Below, piece after piece: positions 60,333-64,000 of a DNA stretch of 64,000 nucleotides; position 1 is the stretch's first letter; the number at the start of each line of letters is the position of its first letter. This DNA is from Spirochaetia bacterium. Lineage in GTDB: Bacteria > Spirochaetota > Spirochaetia > UBA9216. The stretch lies in assembly GCA_963677925.2 (NCBI GenBank), contig CAXXYH010000003.1:1888001-1952000 (forward strand). Direction: 5' to 3'. Both the position numbers and the translations under genes were made by a program. Under the pieces are notes generated by a model that was not told where the DNA came from, did no database searches, and saw nothing but the letters and a program-made list of their open reading frames with translations.

Positions 60333-61559
60333 TCAGCAATGATTCCTGTGGTCCACCCTCTGCAGTACAGCTATAACAGCAAGATATATTACTGCCAGGA
60401 CGGCCACCAGAGGCCATATAAAGGCTGTTCCAATGGAATCCACGAATACTCCGGAAAGAGCCGGAGTAATCGAGCCGCCTATTCCGTAAAGCATATTTCT
60501 CAGACCGTTTATACGGCCGCGCTGATTTACAGGGGTATGATTGGCAACAAAAACACCTTCATTCGTCACCATGATAACCTCACCTACCGTCCATATCACT
60601 GTTGAGATTAAAAAAAGAGCTGCATTAGTTTTCAGAAAGAAGAGCATTCCGAATCCAACTGCATAGCAGAGACTTCCGTATTTTAAATTCTTCAACGGCA
60701 CATTATGTTCAAGAATCCTGAGAACCAGCGGAGTAACGATCAGAACAGTTACCGCATTTACCGACATAATGATTCCGTAAAAACCGGCACTTCCGCTGCC
60801 CATGTATTTCTGAAGCTGCAGAGGAAGTGTAAATGTATGCTGAGAGTATACAAAAGAAAGAACCACAGACATCACCAGAAAGACCGACAGGACAGGGCGT
60901 TTCAGAAGCGCACTGAAAACACCGCCCTCCTCAGCTCTCTCGTGACCGGAAGCTTCCTTCTGCTCTTCTTCGGAAGGCATTGTTTCAGGAACCTTCAGGG
61001 CGACAAGAACAACAGCAAAAAGAGTCGTCAGCGCATCACCCCAGAAAAGCCAGTGACGATAGCTGTTAAACAGAAAACCCGCAATTACCGGGCCGATTGA
61101 GACTCCTATATTTATTCCCAGATAAAGAAGCGACATAGCCTTCTGCCTCTGTTCCCGGGTCGTAAGATCGGTAATCATGGCGGAACTAACAGGCTGTGCA
61201 GCTCCCAGAAAAAACTGGGAAAGAATAAGGGGCCATAAGAGCCACCTTGCCTCAGGATAAAAACCGCATAAGCCTATAGAAGCTGCGCCGAGAAACTGTG
61301 CCGAAAGCATTATTTTTTTCCTGCCCGAGAAATCAGTCAGGCGGCCGCCGGACAGGCTTCCCAGCATCGCGGCAATGACACTTAGAGTGATTAGAAGTCC
61401 GGTCTGCTTTTCATCATAGCCCAGCACTGCTGTCAGATAGAGTGTCAGAAAGAATCTTACAAAGTCGCCCATTCTACTGACGATGCGACAGAAAAAAAGA
61501 ATATATACCGGGCCCGGCAGACCCTGATAGGGGAAGGCTTTTAACAACAGTTTTTTCAT
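60333..61559 (-). CDS. MFS transporter
   Basis: GGRLTDFSGRKK motif A; about 12 hydrophobic segments. Confidence 0.93.
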   Translation of the reverse strand: MKKLLLKAFPYQGLPGPVYILFFCRIVSRMGDFVRFFLTLYLTAVLGYDEKQTGLLITLSVIAAMLGSLSGGRLTDFSGRKKIMLSAQFLGAASIGLCGFYPEARWLLWPLILSQFFLGAAQPVSSAMITDLTTREQRQKAMSLLYLGINIGVSIGPVIAGFLFNSYRHWLFWGDALTTLFAVVLVALKVPETMPSEEEQKEASGHERAEEGGVFSALLKRPVLSVFLVMSVVLSFVYSQHTFTLPLQLQKYMGSGSAGFYGIIMSVNAVTVLIVTPLVLRILEHNVPLKNLKYGSLCYAVGFGMLFFLKTNAALFLISTVIWTVGEVIMVTNEGVFVANHTPVNQRGRINGLRNMLYGIGGSITPALSGVFVDSIGTAFIWPLVAVLAVIYLAVIAVLQRVDHRNHC

Positions 61560-61622
61560 TAATGTATAAAAACACAGAAAACCGCCTTTTACAAGTATCA
61601 GGGCAGGGTTATAATTTCACAC

Positions 61623-62840
61623 ATGCCCTGCAGATGTGAACTTAAAAAGAAAATAAAAGACGCAGCCATTCCATGGGTACCCGAACGAACTGTTTACATG
61701 GACTATAATTCTACAACACCCGTAGATCCGCGAGTCCTCGGCAGTTTTGAACGTGTCTGCCGCAGAACCTGGGGCAACCCCTCCAGCATACACTCTGCAG
61801 GGGTTGAGTCCTGGATGGAGATGGAAAGCCTCATTGAAACAGCCGCTGACTGGACAGGCTGCAGCCCGGAAGGTTTTTTCTGCTGTGCCGGAGGAACTGA
61901 CGCCTTGAATACACTGATTCTCGGCTCAGCTGTTCGCAATCCGGATGCGGTATTTATAACAGAAACTACATGCCACTCTTCAGTAAAGCATCCGCTTTTT
62001 CATCTTGAAAAAAAGAGTCCGGCAGCTCCTTTCGGCTTCAGGGGCTCCGTCCTTGAACTGGAAGTCAACAGCGACGGAACAGTTAATCTTGAACAGCTTA
62101 CTCATAAGCTTGGAGCTCAGCTTAAGCATGAAAGAAAAGGCATACTGATAATATCTCCGGTCAACCATGAAACGGGAGCTATCCAGCCGATAAAAGAGAT
62201 TTACAGGATAACTTCAGAATCGGGCGCAGTACTGATTCTTGATGCTGTACAGGCGGCTGCCAGGCTTTCACCATCCGAATGGGCTCCCTACTGTGACGCC
62301 TTCTGCCTCAGCGGTCATAAACTTTACGCACCTAAGGGCATAGGACTTGTATGGAAACGCACCGGACTGAAAATCAGCGGTCTAAGATTTGGCGGCTCTG
62401 CGGGAAACTCACCTTTTCCGGGCACCGAGAATGTACCTGGAGCCGCAGCCCTATCGGACGCAATCAGGCTTATGCAGAAAGACTTTGATGAGGAAAACAG
62501 GGTGATGACCAGCCTGATGAAAGACGGTCTGCGGATCCTTGAACAGAAGGGTGTTGAGTTTATTTTGGAAAGCCCTGAAAACAGAGCTCCCGGGGTCTGC
62601 TGTATCAGTCTTAAGCAGCAGACTGATATGGAAAAGCTCATACTGGATCTCAACAGCAGGGGAATCTGCATCAGCCGCTTTTCCGCCTGTACAGGACGGC
62701 TCGACGGAGAGTCAGCAGTTTTGAAGAATATGGGCCGGAACGGGAAAAGGGCCTCTCAGTCTCTGAGGATCTCACTGGGAAGGTGGAGCAAGCGTGAAGA
62801 TTTCTTCAGACTAGCCGAAGCTTTGTTAGAAAGCAGTTAG
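61623..62840 (+). CDS. Cysteine desulfurase family (IscS/NifS-like, class V PLP enzyme), divergent
   Basis: YMDYNSTTP, GNPSSIH, VNHETG, DAVQ, SGHKLYAPKG, GTENVPG, SAC, LRISLG. Confidence 0.85.
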   Translation: MPCRCELKKKIKDAAIPWVPERTVYMDYNSTTPVDPRVLGSFERVCRRTWGNPSSIHSAGVESWMEMESLIETAADWTGCSPEGFFCCAGGTDALNTLILGSAVRNPDAVFITETTCHSSVKHPLFHLEKKSPAAPFGFRGSVLELEVNSDGTVNLEQLTHKLGAQLKHERKGILIISPVNHETGAIQPIKEIYRITSESGAVLILDAVQAAARLSPSEWAPYCDAFCLSGHKLYAPKGIGLVWKRTGLKISGLRFGGSAGNSPFPGTENVPGAAALSDAIRLMQKDFDEENRVMTSLMKDGLRILEQKGVEFILESPENRAPGVCCISLKQQTDMEKLILDLNSRGICISRFSACTGRLDGESAVLKNMGRNGKRASQSLRISLGRWSKREDFFRLAEALLESS

Positions 62841-62881
62841 TCATATTGCTTTAATTCCGGATTCCGAATAGATTGAACCTG

Positions 62882-64000
62882 ATGAGAAGCCCCAAAGATC
62901 ATACAGAAGAACTTCTCAACCTCAGCCCGACAGTTCTTTTTTTCAGGCTGTCGGTTCCGGGCATAATCGGAATGCTTGTTTTCGGGCTCTACCAGTTTGT
63001 CGACGGCATTTTCGTCGGACAGTTTGTCGGTCCTGAAGGAATGGGAGCAGTAGGCCTGGCCTACCCTCTTTCACTTCTTAACAATGCAGTCTCAGGCCTC
63101 ATTGGCGCAGGAGCCTCTTCTGTTCTATCAAGAAGTATAGGCCGACGGGATATGGAAACCAGGCAGAGACTGTTTCCTGCAGTTTTTCTGCTTAATTTAA
63201 TAATTTCCGGCTCACTATCCATCATCTCATACGTATATGCCCCATGGCTTGTGGACTTCATGGGCGGTGAAGGCCTGATGCTTGAGCTTGGTGTTATCTA
63301 TATGCGGACTATTGTTATCGGAACTTTTTTCATCAACTTTGCCGCATCATCAAACATGCTTATAAGAGCAGGCGGACTGATGAAGGAGGCAATGATATTT
63401 CTGGGGTCCGGAGCGGTTCTCAACCTGATTCTTGATCCCATACTGATAAAAACCCTCGATCTGGGAATAGCCGGAGCGGGGGCGGCAACTGTTATTTCAC
63501 AGGTTGTGAGTCTGATTCTAAGTATCATTCATTTCAACTCAAAAAAAACAGTTATAAAATTCAGCCTGAATATTCGCAAAATCGACCCGAAGCACATTTC
63601 GGAAATACTTAAAATCGGATTCTCTTCAATGGCTCTTCCGGTGATGGCTATTGTTGAAATAGTTGTGGCCTACCGGCTCCTGAATATTTATGCGGAAATA
63701 AATGATGTTATTGCACTCGGAACAATTTTCAAGATATTCAGTCTGCTGCTTCCGCCTGTATGGGGAATTGCCCAGGGCATGCAGCCCTTCATCGGTGTAA
63801 ATGAGGGCGCCGGAAAAAGGGAACGGCTGCTGCACGGTTTTACGGTATTCACCGTTTACGCTACGGTATTTACAACAGCACTCTGGGCATTCCTTGCTTT
63901 CTTCCCAAGAACAGTTACCGGATGGTTCATTACAGATACTGCCGTTCTCGATTTAATCTATCATGCACCCAGGATATTCTTCTTCCTGTATCCCGTATAC
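62882..64000 (+). CDS. MATE-family efflux transporter, 3'-truncated by window edge (absent from ORF track)
   Basis: Own translation: MRSPKDHTEELL...SVPGIIGMLVFGLYQFVDGIFVGQ...NLILDPILI...GIAGAGAATVISQ. Confidence 0.9.
   Translation, partial: MRSPKDHTEELLNLSPTVLFFRLSVPGIIGMLVFGLYQFVDGIFVGQFVGPEGMGAVGLAYPLSLLNNAVSGLIGAGASSVLSRSIGRRDMETRQRLFPAVFLLNLIISGSLSIISYVYAPWLVDFMGGEGLMLELGVIYMRTIVIGTFFINFAASSNMLIRAGGLMKEAMIFLGSGAVLNLILDPILIKTLDLGIAGAGAATVISQVVSLILSIIHFNSKKTVIKFSLNIRKIDPKHISEILKIGFSSMALPVMAIVEIVVAYRLLNIYAEINDVIALGTIFKIFSLLLPPVWGIAQGMQPFIGVNEGAGKRERLLHGFTVFTVYATVFTTALWAFLAFFPRTVTGWFITDTAVLDLIYHAPRIFFFLYPVY

Noticed and set aside
1-64000. CRISPR arrays, tRNA/rRNA, prophage, defence or toxin-antitoxin genes
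   Set aside because: Intergenic gaps are short (at most about 300 nt) with no spaced repeats or cloverleafs seen, and no ORF carries such motifs

Overview
Gene-dense 64-kb bacterial chromosomal window (about 52 CDS). It is most likely from an anaerobic free-living spirochaete; this is an inference from spirochaete-style signal peptides/lipoboxes, long-class MCPs and [FeFe]-hydrogenases. I found no rRNA, tRNA, CRISPR array, transposase or prophage. Main blocks: (1) RimB-like protease, rimK and M14 peptidase trio; (2) two putative beta-barrels plus a FecR-domain protein; (3) hfs-like hydrogenase locus (sensory HydS/HfsB, SpoIIE phosphatase, 2Fe-2S protein, group B hydrogenase) split by an inverted histidine kinase, with a nearly identical promoter in front of each half; (4) Lrp, sigma54-type SBP, amidohydrolase and non-pyrrolysine MttB catabolic island; (5) a 17-kb minus-strand signalling run joining an F7/F8-like che operon to a PilZ protein, a CheZ-motif pseudo-receptor and an HsbR/HsbA-like partner switch; (6) five more MCPs, so three receptor length classes are present, including a tandem pair with C-terminal CZB domains; (7) paralogous lipoproteins, rex, transporters and a divergent cysteine desulfurase. 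All calls come from motif recognition by eye. No database searches were run.
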